This document shows, piece after piece, positions 11,601 to 24,400 of a stretch of DNA of 64,000 bases. Source of the DNA: Phoronis australis (taxonomy: Eukaryota; Animalia; Phoronida); contig NMRA01000095.1 in the NCBI GenBank assembly GCA_002633005.1, positions 963,054 through 1,027,053 of the forward strand, given 5' to 3'. Both the position numbers and the translations under genes were made by a program. The notes below the pieces were generated by a model. That model was not told the origin of the DNA. It ran no database searches and worked only from the letters and a program-made list of their open reading frames with translations. Position 1 is the stretch's first letter; each line of letters starts with the position of its first letter.

Positions 11601-14600
11601 GTTAATATTACGTGTAGTAGCAGTAATCGCAGATTATGCATTGGTTGTAGAACACTGATGCAGTCGTAAATCACTGATGGACCAGTAGATGTTGTGGTGT
11701 GGCCGAATGCAGTAACACGCACTCGAGCCGAACATTATTATAAGGTCTGCAATGATTTGAACTTGCATGACTGCGCTCCACAAAAACAATTGAGAAGAAT
11801 GGCAGTACGGTGTCATACAATGTTGCACGACCACTGATATTTCTGTTGGATAAATCACATAACTTTAAACTCGGACTAACTCGTGTGATATTGGTGCTGC
11901 CCCTGCGTCAGTTGTCACTATTCGCGCTTTGATCAATCACATGCTATAGAAAGCATTCGCTTAGAAAACGAATCGTCAATACACCAAAGCAGTCAGAAAC
12001 AACCATGTCTAATGAAATCAGCAAAACGAACCGGAGCATCAATGACTGTATAGTAAATATGTGTATGATAAAAAACCGGACGATCGCCGCACAAATAAAA
12101 AGTTCATGTTCAATCAACGTTTCGTCTATTCATTACAAAGTACAGCAAGTGCCAACATACATAAAGTGAAGCGAGAGATACAGGTAATACAGTGTATAGT
12201 CAGTAGCTGGTCATCACCATCGGGCATACTATCTCACATGGAGCTGTTATCAAGCTCGGTATCTGTCCATATTTCTATAATAACTCAAAAGCGTGCAACA
12301 ATGATCAGGAACCTCTGTTTTTCACTAATATTTAGCTGATTCTAATCATATCAAACATGTGTACTCTAGGTTCATTGTGAAGTCCTGGCGCATTATAACA
12401 ACACTGGTGGCATTTCGGACACTGTCCGCAGCGGAGATTTTTGGGCTGGTATAAAGGTAAGGTAACACGACACCACGTATTTCTTACCGTTGACTGCTCT
12501 CCTTATTCGTACTGTAGCTCTCATAACTTTCTGTTTAGAATCTTATCACTTATATCATCTCTAAAGACTCATCATTTGGGAATCTTATCAGTTAGATTAT
12601 CTCCCAAGACAATCGCTCATTCTTAAAAACATTTCTAATCAATATTCATTTGTCTTTTTGAATTTAATTTATTGCATTATATTACATTAATTTTGATATG
12701 CAAGAATGAAGATATCGCAAACAATAATAATGAAAAATGATAATAGACAATAGTGATGATCATCATCATGATCACAGTGATGATTCAAAATCACAGAATT
12801 GTACTTAAAATAAACACTGAAAAACCAAATTTATTATCATACGCGTAGATGAGTACTACATGACTTATCCAAGATCAATTTTTTTGTTATTTTCAAATCC
12901 TCTGCAAACATTTCACTCACACCTGAAACAAACCCAATCCCTAACAGCTGACTTTAAACCAGCAAAAGATATTCTACTGTAAAACTGAAAGTCTCAGGGA
13001 AAATTGAAACCATTAATTCTATCGGCCTGTTTCTACAAAGCAATCCATAAACAATGGTTATCTTTTCGAAGAACACCAATCACATGCCACAAAAGATATG
13101 ATTACGCATTGCCCGGATGCATCAGGGGTCAAGGTGGTCTAACCATTATACTCGAAATCGAACTGGATAGTATTGATTACATTTCCGTTCATCTTTAAAA
13201 CGACCTGAAGATTGTTTTGAATAACTTCAAAATATTTGTTGTGCAACCATGGGGAAGAAGAAGAGACTAAACATATAATCTAATGATATTTTATTGCTAG
13301 ATTCGTTTTGCTTTTGGACTGAGGGCCTCTAGAATATGGATTGGTAGGGCCCAGCAAACCCTTATCCGACATTTGCTCTACTACAAGAGGCACGCATCCA
13401 TAGAAAATATTCTCACTCACTCTGATGTGTCTGTCTGTCTGCGTGTGGCGCACAACTCGTCTTTAATTGTTTTGAATAACAATAAGCGAATAAGTTGCTT
13501 TTATAGACTGCTTACTAGTTATGACACAGCTTCACAAGTTCGCCTTATGACAATAGTTTACCATGCCTCAAACACTGAAAAGTGTAGACGCACAAAATGA
13601 CTTTAAGGATTTGTTCTTTAGTTACAAGTTTTGTTATTAATTACATGTATGGTTTTGATAGGGATTAGACAGTCAATGCAGGTTTCCCACATTTTTCGAA
13701 TATCACTTTTAGATGTGTCAAACTTTTGAAAATATAACGATGTTCGATTGACAAGTCTAGTTTTTACTTTTGCTACATCATTTGAAGTAGCGTGTCAACG
13801 TCTCATGCAGTGATATATTTAGGAGGGCAATTTTATTTGGTATACCTGTCTTATTTCTTAAGGTAAAGAATGACACAATCACTATAAAAGAAGGTGAGGA
13901 TGTAAATGTTACGTTCATGGCAACAGTTCCAATGATAGATGTCGGATGTGACCAAAGTGACCACAGCAATCAAAGGTGTCACATAAACTTTGAGCTGAGA
14001 GCGACACCTACAATCGAGGACGGGTTCACAAAAGAACAAGTTTGTGTGAACGGCTTCAAACCAGTTGCAATAACAGCCACAGATTGTAATCAGCCACTTC
14101 AGTTAAGAGATCATGCTGCGTTGGATGATTATGAATGGAGTTCGGAATCTCACGGCACCTTTCACTTTACAATCAAGAGTTCTATCGACAATCAATACGG
14201 AGCTCCAAAAAAACGTATTCTCAAGCTCGGAACACCTACTACTGTAAACAACCATCCTGCCTGGAGCAACTACGTTGTGAAAGATGTCGAGGTAAGTTAC
14301 TGTCATCAATTATCTTTTTTGAATAATGATTAAGTAGCGCGCAAATGTGTTATTTAGTGTATGACGTAAACAGAATTATCACCTGTAGGTCCGCTATTTC
14401 GAACTTGAGTGCATCCACAACGTTCCGTAGCAACGGACAACACTGAACACGTCCATCTGAAGACGCTGGTCCGTTGGCTTAAGAAACTATTTAAAACGCT
14501 GTATGCCACCCAACTTCAGCCCATGGCAAACTGGCCGTCTCCTCCATCTCGCTCTTGCTTCTTGGAAATGCTTGCGAAAACCTTTCTCAGCCATTTCATT

Positions 14601-17600
14601 GCAATTATGCTGTGTCTTCGTGAATGGGTCGTAATCGATTGGCTGTGGAAAGGTTGTTGTGAACTTGTACTCCATTACCATTCCACAGGATACAGATAAC
14701 AATTTCCCATTCATCCAGTTCCTACTCTGATTCTTGGTGAATGTTTCGAACATTTCCAGGAAGTTGTTTTCATCGTCATATTTCAGACAAGTTTTGTTTT
14801 GTAGAGTTCTAGGTTGGCAGATTTTTCTCAAACTTCTCATGTGTTAGGTATCCTCAAGTGTTGTCTTGTCTCTTTCTGGCTACGTTTTTAGGTCTTATTC
14901 TATTTTCTGATTGCATTATTTATTGCCCGGAAATTCCTCGCTTTCGTTGGATTTGCCACCGTTGCAAACCAAAGTTTGATCGACTGACATGGAATTTACG
15001 TACACCATTTGCTCCAGGCAATGCCTTATGGAAATCAATTGCAAGGTAGCGCCGTGACACCCAACTTTTCAATTTTTACGATATTCTTATGAGCATTTTC
15101 TTAACAGAAAGTGGTAAATATTACATATATCCACGTTGATTATTTTGTTACATCTGAGCTAATTCTTCGACACCTAGCGATAAAAGTACCTTGGAATATA
15201 ATCAATACAGGAGGATCTTTGACTGTTACAAAACCTATTCCGTTAAAACAGTTTTTTAACCTATTACTGATGATAAGCGTCTATAACTGTCCTGATTTGG
15301 AACACACAAAGCTGTATGCAAGCTTCATCAACATTACCTTTTCCTTGAGGGATGCATCTCCTACAAGAGACAGCTGCTGAGCTGGAGTTAAACAAAGATA
15401 TGATGTTGTCTTAGCTGTAACGCCTTGATATTCGGGTTGATCACAATCAAGTTCCATGTTTGGTGGTCCCTTTTGATGAAAAATTGCGGATGTTATGTAA
15501 CTATAAAAGCTGATTTATTGTAAAGTACCATGATTTAAGACATCTAATCTAAAATATTTTTGCGTAAGAATCAACTAATTAAATTTTATGGCCTTATGCA
15601 TCACAGTGCTTTAGGAGAGTACACTACAACTTGTGGTCACAACCCACTTTTATCATGAAAACAAATTCATAACGTAGCTAATAATTTATTAATTTCTTGA
15701 TTAAATTATATGACATGCTAAAGTAAGAAAATGTTTACCGTGCTGATCAAGTTATTCTAGATGATGATTCATTACATATCTTATCATAGTATAATGAGAA
15801 TTTTTTGTCTCGCAATATGATTCTTACAAAAAGAAAAAGACCAGTATCTATTACTTGCCTAATTTTGAACACGTTCAAGAGTAAGTCAAAATAGATAATG
15901 CGATACTAGGTCCAGTTTTCAACTTGAAAGTAGGAAGCTCGGTCAATCAACATCAAGTAATTTTGACAAATTTACAAATGTCTCGGGTGGTCTCGAGTTT
16001 GGTGCGGTCAGTAATTGTTTGTTTGATGCATCTTGTTATCACGTGACATGGCTTCTGGGATGATAATGAATAAGTCCTGTGTGGCATTCTGTTGTCCACA
16101 AATTTGATAACGTCCATTGCTTTTTGTCAGACCGAATGCATTTAGAGTATACCAGTATTACTCATGAGAACTACAGTATGTATAAATACTTGTAGGCAAT
16201 ATTTGATAGCACAGGTTAAAGGTACGTACACTACTAAGAGGTACTTCGGCTACATTTGAATGACATGTCAGATTTATAACTAAATACTTAGAATCTATTG
16301 AGCGATAGTTCTTTTACAAAATCCATTCCAAAAGAATAAATAAAATGCACAACATTCATGTGCATATCTGTCATTTTTGGAACATGTTTAAATACAGGGA
16401 TACGTACACTTCACATACAACTGTAAGCTAATGTATTTGTAGTAAACACCCATTTACCAAGAAATATTTTTAGTTCCATAATACTTTATGACAGCGGGTA
16501 GTACATGTACACTATAAAAAGGGTTACGTACACTACATTTTGTTGGCATTTTTTACCCTTTTGCAAAAACCTTTGGTTTGTTTTGATATTGAATAATTTG
16601 CTGTACTGCCTAGGCTTACATATTCCGCAGAATTTGTTGTTATAGAGTGCTTATTTTACTTTTTAAGCTTCATTACACTAGATTAAATTAAGAAGCACAA
16701 GAATGAGTTCCTGTTGTAGGATGAACCATACCATTTCTCAATAATTAAGCACAACTTCATCTAAGTGATTCTGAAAGTGACTTGAGTTATACCTAAGTTA
16801 CATCAAAGTATTTACTTACTTAATAAAGTGAATTTCTTTTCTATTGTTGCCACGCCACTTAAAAACTGGAATTTTTAAAATGAGCACTCGTACCGTTAAA
16901 ATTCTTGAAATTCAGAACCAAAAATGCATTATTTTCTCAAACATAATCCCATTTTGATAAATATTTTTCATTTTGCACAATTAAATAACCCTTTGCATAT
17001 GAGACCCATTTCGCATTTGGTGAGTGATCAGAATTTTTCTTTTTTGACCGTAACACGTTCGACTCTAGAACATGGACCTTGATTGCGATTTACTCGGTTG
17101 TGTTGTGTTTGTACATTTTTGTCTCCTATTCATCCGATTGAAAAACGAAAAGCTTCCGGATTTTCCTAACGTTTTTTCTCTGAATTGTAGGTCACAGTTT
17201 TGGACGAAGACAGTACAACTACAAGAAATCACATGTGTAGCTCAGTTAATGACCCGCACATGATCACATTTGACGGCCAGTGAGTATATGCATTGCTATT
17301 ATTCAGTAGCTATGGAAAAGTGCTCAGTGACCCGTGTCTAGCAATCATGCCTGTTCGTAAGATGGCACTCAAAATTTGTCTCCATTTCGCCTCCCAAGCC
17401 TGTCAGAACTGAGGAAAAACACTTTGTTTCTTTTTCTTAACAAAACCACGGAATGTGAAACATATGCAGATACTGGTCATACATGAAGCTTGCCTACTGT
17501 CGAAAACTTCAAAGTTCCTTTTCTTTTGCTATTTTGACCACACCTGGCCATGCCAATAAGAGTAAAAATACACAAAATTGGCAGCTTCAGCCCAAAACCT

Positions 17601-18321
17601 TGACGAAACACTCAGAGATCAATACCTGTCTCGCCGAGAGAAAATCCGTCGAAAACCACGTGCTGTCATTGGAAATTCAAGGCAATATCTCGAACAATCT
17701 CACGAGAGCTTGCTTTATTAGCATTATGCTAGGGTTACTGATCTCGACCCAACTTGGCGGCCTATTTGTGCTGCAACTGCAACGGATAACGCTCGAAATC
17801 GAATCAAGGTGGTCATAAACGTGATGCAAACACCAGACATCGTGTCCCCAAGGTAGCGAATGATCGGCGTTTGTTTTGAGCACGACAAACGCCACGCTTC
17901 CGCGACCTGATCATGGTCTCATTCCGTAGAGAATGTATCTTGGGAGAAAACCAAGTCCTCGCCAGATCTCGAGAAATCACTCGAGTGAAAGTCGACTGTC
18001 TGGCGGGTATACTCGGGAGCTTGCTACCGTGTTCTCAATATGGCGTCCACTGAGATGATTGGTGGTTGAAACCGGACTGCGTGGGTTTAAGCCAACTTCA
18101 ATGCTTACTCTGCAGAGTCTAAAGAACGCGGTGAGAATAAAAACTGAAAAATTTATATTTTACGTCACCAATTAGGCACTGCCTTGCTAGACAAAAACAA
18201 AATTTCAGTAAATCTGAGAGCATGCTTATTTACAAAAAATCATGCATAAACGAGGTTCTCGTGCCACTCCATATTCAACGTTTTTAATCACACTTGCATC
18301 TCTTCCTATCAATCAACGGTT

Positions 18322-18352
<31 letters not shown>

Positions 18353-18397
18353 ATATGTATATGTACATGTAAATGTATATGTATGTATGTATGTATG

Positions 18398-18433
<36 letters not shown>

Positions 18434-21400
18434 ACAGTTTTTTATTTATTGCAGTCGTTATGAAAGTCATCTCCACGGAGAATTTGTTCTTTACAGAAAT
18501 AAAAAATATCCATTTGAGGTGAGTAGTTTTGTTTATGTTTATATGAACTCTGTTGACCACAAAGGTAGTTTACGTACATACAGTGCATGGCATTTTGGTC
18601 TACCAAAGAGAAATAAATGTGATCCGCTTGTTCTCGAACGTCTTCCAATTTAAAATTGCCGACTTCAACAATAATTATCTAGCTATCATACCGCCACTGA
18701 GTATTGTTGAACAATACAGCCACTTGTTCTTAGGAGGTCGTCCTACGTCATGTATTTTGCTTCCAACTTGCGTCCACTGTATATAGCCACGAGTATATGC
18801 AGCATTACGCCATTTTAAACGTTTTAAACCATACGCACACCTACAACCGGCGGTAAATGTACGGCACGTATTTTCTTCATGTGAGAGTATAAATATTATA
18901 TACATCAAGTCATGAGAAAACAAATGTATACACATCCAAGTACTCGAGGTACACATGACGCCATATCCATTTGGGCACCGTTGTACATGTATACGCAGAC
19001 TTGCTCTGCCAAAAGTGCTGTGTGTATCGGTAGTAATCTTATTTCTTCTGATGACAACAGCGCTTACCCTTTAAAAGCCCAAAATTATCCTTTTGGCACG
19101 TGTGCGCTGGGATGGTCTTTTACGGAAATGATTTTTTCCGCGACTTTCAAGAATTATTCGTCTTGGCTGGATGGCCACCAGCTGTGTGTCAAATTCCAAA
19201 AGTAATAAAGTTACGAAATCAACCCGGCAACTGGAATATGGCTATACCTGTAACCACACAAATATAAAGAGAACAGGATAGAGAAACTAATTCTTTTTAA
19301 GGTTACTTAACACCGTATAAAAATTAAGTCGGCCATATTGTTGAGATTGTGTAATATGTTAAGTGTTTGTGAATAGTCTAACGCCATAATTTTCTCCTTT
19401 AATGCATTCAATGGTCAACACTACAAATTGCTTTTCCCAATTAATCTTCAACATTTGCCACTTTACATGCAATACAAAATTGTTGCTTGCTTAATTCTTT
19501 TTTATATTTGAATATTGTTGTCCCTTGTATTAGGATTGAAGCGTGAAACTCATTTATTCCGCCGTTGTTATTAAACAGGTTCACGGACTCTTCCAAAAAT
19601 GTCATGGCTGGCGGGGGTTTGAGAATACGGCTTGTAACTGCGGTGTTGCCGTGAGGTCCGCGACCGATGTGTTCGTGGTTGAAAATTGCATGAAGAAAGA
19701 GCTCTATCATACAGGTGCAGGTGATCGACTGAAGCGTCGGTTGCGAGTAAGTCAAGAAGGATCTTGCGACTCTTATGGTCGAGGTACGAGACTTATTCGA
19801 AAAGATGGCGGCAGTACAATGGAGGTGAGTCAGTCATAACATCCCAAACTCAACTCTTATCTTTTGCCCGTGTGGAAAACTAAAAGACTATAAGCGTTTT
19901 CCATCAACTGCAGGGTCGCTATCACATTCCTGAACTCAGATTTTCAAAAACATTTATGTCATCACACTAGACTTACTACATGTATGTAACAATTAAGTTT
20001 TAGCGGCATTAGAAGGACAAATAGCGTTCTAACTTGTGTGCAATCTGCATGTAGGGATAAGCAAACTAGAAGTGACCAGTTGAGAGACACCATGCCACAT
20101 TGATGGGTAAACACCGCAAAATCATAACGGGTCCCTCGGGGATAAATCGATACCTGGTCCAATCTATTCATTGTCGTCACCACTTTTTGTTAGAGTTTGA
20201 AGGATAGATGGGAAGCGGGGAAAGAGATGGAAGGAGAGGCTGAACTGCGCAACATTAAACAATTGCGAGACAGGGAGTATGAATGTGAACGCGGGGCCCC
20301 TAATCAAATGCTAGTGCCACAATTATCTCAAAGCAAAATCAAAACAGGTGTAATTTCCACTTTTGAGAAGGAAAGCAATTGAGCAGAGTTCTACTTGTTA
20401 AGGCTAGTGTGTTCATTGCCCAGCTGTTGATGCAATTGGACGATTTCAGAATTTATACAGCACTAATCAGCCCCTGTGCCAATTATAATATCAACAATTC
20501 TACCTTTGTTAAATGAATACATTTTGCACAAATTCTGGTTTTGTAAATTTTGCCACAAAGCACTTTAACGAAACCCAAACTGTAAATTCAAGAATAGCTC
20601 AAAATCAAGGAATACCTGGCGCCTTTGTTAGTCTCTGCACTTTTAGAGGCCCGTGTTTTTGTGTGCAAGCTTACGCTTTTAGCAGCACTACGGCACCTAC
20701 ATGTATATTTCTTTGTCATCGCTCACTCACTGGGGTCTCTGTATCCTTGGCCTTGCGCAACTCTTGACGGCGTTCTTAAAGTTGACGTTTCCTTCGCGAC
20801 CAACATGTGGCACTCCTACAGATTTTCGTACCTTCTGACTCGCCATGACTCGAACACGTCTACAGACTCTTTGCTGTTGAGAACGACTTCTACCCTATTT
20901 CAACCTATTGGCAAGATTTTCAGCCCCAGTAAACTCATAGTTTCAAAATGTGTGGCATTAAAATTTTGACTTCATCAAAACAATCCTGGTCATTTTTCAT
21001 CGTTAAAGAATAACCATTGGTGATCATCAGTTTACGGGATCAAAATGTGACACTGCATCGTTCGTTGTAAAACAGCATCGTCCGATGATCTGGGATTGAG
21101 AAATCGGAAAAGTGTTGGAAATAGTAACCTTTATCGAAGTCGAGACGAACGGACAATTGAGAGAACTATATTATAAATTAACGCCTTTATCATTTAGCAA
21201 GTCGAAGCATTGGGAAGTTGAAACATAAATTACTTTTAGACCTTGATTTAAAGCCTGTTTGAGTTGCCCGTTTGGTAAGCCTCACAATTACCATGCAAAT
21301 ACCGTAGGTGAACAAGAAATAAACTAGACTCCATATGTTCGTATGAACATTACTGCCCGTATTTCCCCTGTGCAAATGGAGCGTAGTAAAGGTATCATCT

Positions 21401-24400
21401 TTCTCGGAGGGTTTTTGCACAATGGCATTTCAGTTATTTTCAAATTTAGACTATGGCAATTCACCCAGGCTGTTCACTGCTTTGCCCTTTTGTTTAGAAC
21501 ACGGAAGTACTTATCAGCAAGATTTCCAACACAAACAATGATTAACACAACCCCTGGTATCCGTTTTGAAATTCATGTAAAATTTTGCTTTAGTGTAAAT
21601 AGGTACGATTCCTGGTCTTAGAAATACCTGACAGTTCGTCATTTTTTCAAACCCGGGATGATAGGTTTACTTAATTTGCAAAGCATGGTCTTGTAAAATG
21701 TCACTTGTTTTTCTCGAGGTAGTCAGTAACAAGTTTAAACCAATTCTGTAGGCTCAAACGCTCTGATCAAACATAAGTTTCATAGCCTGAGCGATGCTAT
21801 TATATCTGGTAAATGGATATAGATGAATTAAATACACTTGAACCAGATAATCGGTCGACAACTCGTTTTTATGGATTTGAAGTCCTAATTAAGAAATACT
21901 TGAATTCTATATTAAAGAAACTGATTTTGAAAGTTACACTGTTTATAAAATGGATATTTTGGAATAAATACAAAAAACGTGATGATACAATATTTTTTTG
22001 TTGTCATGCCTGTTCTGCTCCCTACTTCGACAGAATTTTTCGACAATGACTCTAAACCTGTTTTGACATTGTACCCCGTGGAGGCTGGAGGCGGTTTGGG
22101 CATGCTATACTCCTTTCTAGTTCATTCTACTTGGTTCTATGGAGTTCTCCGAAATGCTTCATTGACTACAAAACAATCGACATTACTTATATTTTTAATT
22201 TGCAGCTCCATCTCCCGACGGGAACAGTTGTTGAAGTCAAAGGTATCGGAAGGGGATACTTGTCAATATACATTGTCCCATCGAAAGCTGATTTTGGAAA
22301 TACCGAAGGTCTTTGTGGCTCATTTAACAAGATATGCGACGACGATTTTATCCACAACGGGGTCATTTATGATGAGAGCCATCCAGAAGAATGTCAAACT
22401 GAAGCAAGATACCTGTTAAAAGAAAAACATGTCAAGGATAGTTTTACAGCCTTGTGGAGGTATACATGTATTAGTTGGTCTATAAACCACACTACGTGGC
22501 TCTGGTAACACTCATCAGTTAAGAAAAACATGTCAAGGTCAGCTATACACCTTTATGGAATTGCGTATGTGTTAGTCGGTCTAGCAACTACATGTACAAT
22601 AGGTGGCGCTGGTAATACTCGCCAGTTGAAAAACATGTCACGAACAGTTGGGTAACACTAAAAGTCAAGACTTCCCGAGATTACGTGAGATATTGCCGTG
22701 TATTTTAAGTGAAAACACGTGACTTTGACTAGACTTTAGCGAGGTCCTATCGTCGGTCCTAGCGTTACTGAACTAGGTGGGGCTGGTGATACTCAAGAGA
22801 CTTGCCTGGCAACAAGCTGTCCTGTTGTTGTTCTCTGGCCCTTCAATCTTGCAATTTCGATAATTCTAATCCTATTACCAGTGCAATTTACATGGCCACA
22901 TGTTAAAATTCGCCCATTGGCAGCTACAATTTCTTAAGGCCATTGTTACAAAATGTGTGGAGGGAAGTTTAACACTATTTAACACATTCAGGACAAAAAT
23001 GCATGAGCGTGCGTGTGGTGTGCTTGTGTGTATTTTGTGCGTGTGTGTTATTTTAGTCCAGTGTCTGGTGTTTGAAGGTCACTGAAATATTCCAAGATTC
23101 GTCATTGTTACTCTCCTGGCGTTTCTACCTGTTCTCAATTTCAAGCATTGACCGTGAAAACAGTGAAGGAATTTCCACTTCACTCTTTTCACGGTCATTT
23201 TTGCATAATAAATGTAAATCGCATCATAATAATTTGAATACTTCGCGAAAACGAGGGTTACGCAATTGGTAACGTTAAGCCCAACTGCCCTCCAAGGATG
23301 CTGAACCCTGTTTCAGTACTTTGCTTCATCTGCTACTAAATAATATCTACAAACCCTCCAAGATACTGTATAAGCATTACACTGTTAAAACTTCCTCACT
23401 GCGTCTTAAGATGGAAATGTTATTCGAGGTGAGCTGACTGCTGAAGAAAATTCATCTTGTTTCAGTCTTTTATAAGCCTGAAAACGGTATTACAGTATTC
23501 TTTTGTGAGACAGATTTTACAGAGATTGTGCAAATGAGATCTTGTTTGAAAAGGGCTTAGTATTCTTAAATTATCTTCTTATGTCATGTTGTATTTCCAG
23601 GGTAAAGCCGGAAAATAGGTTGTTTGGAGGGAAATTTAATCCTGAAAACACTTTCCAAGCGTTTAGAAATCAACAATATTGCACGTGCGATCCAGCAAAT
23701 ACCGGAGGGGATATTGAATGTAGCCCCTTGGAGTACGTCAATCCGTGTGAAAGTTTAGGTGGTGTTGACATCACTGACCGCCACGTTAAAAAATGTCGCA
23801 GAAAAAGAGAAACTAACTTTCACGACTTCGTCGACGACGAAAATTATGAACTTGACGTCGATCCTACTTACAAACCCTCGGTACGTAATTCTAGTTGATC
23901 TGTGCAATACACTACTTTGTACTACATAATCAGCTTTACAAACCCATTACAACTTTAATTAACCTTTTTGTTAACAACCGCGTGTTGATTACCGTTTTGG
24001 CGGGAACCCCGAGTTCAGAGTCTAACCCGCTTTACTCAAGTTCCGTGTAGTGACTGCCGTCGCCTTGACATCAGAGCAATTCTATAGCAGACGTCATTTT
24101 ACTTGGAAATAGCGGAGTTGCAACGCCGCCATATTGGAAATGGGTCAGAATGTTGCATTGTGGTTAAGCCGGTAAACAAGTACGTCGGCAAGCGTGGGGG
24201 CGAACCGGCCACAGGGAGGTTATACGTGTTGTGTGCCTGGCATGCTATAATACCAGTTAGCGAAATAAAACATTTAGTTACTACCTGTTTCCCAAGGATC
24301 AAGAACTGCGTTAAACATGGGTCAGAGACATCGGTAGAGCTGGTAGCAAAGGCCGACTTCGTGAATTCTTTCCGACTTCGTAGCATAAAGTGTGCAGCGC

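Noticed and set aside
11034-11722. Thr/His-rich minus-strand ORFs suggesting a nested mucin gene
   Set aside because: Short, stop-interrupted frames that are explained by a degenerate GGT-type repeat.
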